The notes beneath the pieces were generated by a model. It made no database searches and was not told the DNA's origin. It worked only from the letters and a program-made list of their open reading frames with translations. From a virus, in the IMG/VR virus record IMGVR_UViG_3300049846_000848, positions 17,384 through 81,383 of that record: DNA of 64,000 nt. The stretch is one strand, 5' to 3'. The translations under genes were made by a program, and so were the position numbers. Positions 63,078 to 64,000 of this stretch are shown piece by piece. Numbering within the stretch: position 1 is the first letter of the stretch; each line of letters starts with the position of its first letter.

Positions 63078-64000
63078 TGTATTTCTCCATACTTACCGAA
63101 CTCCTTACAGAATCCGGATCTATTCTTAAAGTGGCTAGCGAATATAGTATGCGCGCTAACCCTAGGAATCCACACGTCACAACTCGTCTTACCTGTACTA
63201 TTCCTTAAGCCACGCCCTACGTTTTGATAGAACTGAGACTTAGCTCGACCAGGGGCAGCCAGTATAAGACATCCTACCGGCTTAGTATTAACACCTTCGC
63301 CAAGGCAGCTAGTCCCAAAGAGTAGCGGTAGATTACCCGCGTTAAACTCTTCTATGGACTTCTGGTTATCATCCGTTAAGCCAGTCACTAGGGTAGGCTC
63401 TACGGAGGTATATGAGGCTAATAAAGCCTTTACCGCGTTTAGATGCTCTAGCTGGTCGAACAGTACGACCGTAGGCTTAGAATCGGCTAGGGCCCGCTGG
63501 ATCACCCGGCATATAGCGCTATTATAGCTTATGGCGTTGTTATAGAGCATTACACGCATATCGTGGTAGGACTTAGCCTCGGATAAGGCTTTTAACTCTG
63601 GAGCCGTATAAACCACGTTAAAGGCTTTAAAATAGGGTCTAACGATATAGCCTCGGTCTATGGCTTGTTCGGAGGTCATCTCGAATAGGATGTTACCACT
63701 ATATGAGCGGAGAAACATATCTTCGGCTGGGTCGGCACGAAAGAACGTGGCAGTCAGAGCCAGGCGATAATAGATGCCGCTGAAGAGTCTGGTGTTAGCT
63801 TCTTGGAACGAACTGGCTACAGAGTGATGCACTTCATCGGTTATTAATAAGTGCTTATCATGGAAGTGGTCGTCGGGCAATGAGCTAAGTGATTGAATAT
63901 TGGCTATGGTTATAAATTTGTTTTTTGAGTTTTTAGCCGCTAGATTAACTTTTTGGCTACCAAAGAGATGCGCTAATTCCCTATATAGTTGATTCTTAAG
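63062..64000 (-). CDS. SF2 DExH helicase (UvsW-like), 5' end outside window
   Basis: DEVHH, LTAT, LGEGVN, QNVGRGLR; frame open to 64000. Confidence 0.85.
   Translation of the reverse strand, partial: LKNQLYRELAHLFGSQKVNLAAKNSKNKFITIANIQSLSSLPDDHFHDKHLLITDEVHHSVASSFQEANTRLFSGIYYRLALTATFFRADPAEDMFLRSYSGNILFEMTSEQAIDRGYIVRPYFKAFNVVYTAPELKALSEAKSYHDMRVMLYNNAISYNSAICRVIQRALADSKPTVVLFDQLEHLNAVKALLASYTSVEPTLVTGLTDDNQKSIEEFNAGNLPLLFGTSCLGEGVNTKPVGCLILAAPGRAKSQFYQNVGRGLRNSTGKTSCDVWIPRVSAHTIFASHFKNRSGFCKEFGKYGEIQWCEV

Overview
A 64-kb stretch of a large tailed dsDNA phage genome (siphovirus-like, HK97-type head, no sheath gene or integrase seen), almost all on the + strand. Layout: (1) 1-14.6 kb packaging/head module: terS (5'-truncated), terL, a portal fused to a MuF/gp7-like domain, prohead protease with a nested scaffold, major capsid, head-decoration-like genes and head-tail connectors. 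(2) 14.6-38.4 kb non-structural block that splits the morphogenesis genes: UDG-like protein, DEDDh exonuclease, class II ribonucleotide reductase with an atypical Pro-starting mini-intein, dUTPase, dCMP deaminase, three orphan DNA methyltransferases, an HNH nuclease, and many small, membrane and Zn-binding proteins behind sigma70-like promoters. (3) 38.4-62.3 kb tail module: tail tube, frameshifted chaperone, tape measure, Dit-like protein, several fibres including a 2027-aa multi-propeller protein, hub, reverse-strand HNH, collar protein and an M15-type peptidase. (4) Reverse-strand subtilase and a truncated SF2 helicase. Main observations: an exact 10-bp motif CGTATAATTA (10 copies found) in front of virion genes, one of them driving an apparent internal scaffold gene; a C5-methyltransferase whose motif IX is encoded in an overlapping +1 frame; a class-3-like intein; a multi-hairpin RNA candidate between twin terminators; and a run of unannotated membrane micro-proteins. 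All family calls come from motif recognition by eye; no searches were run.
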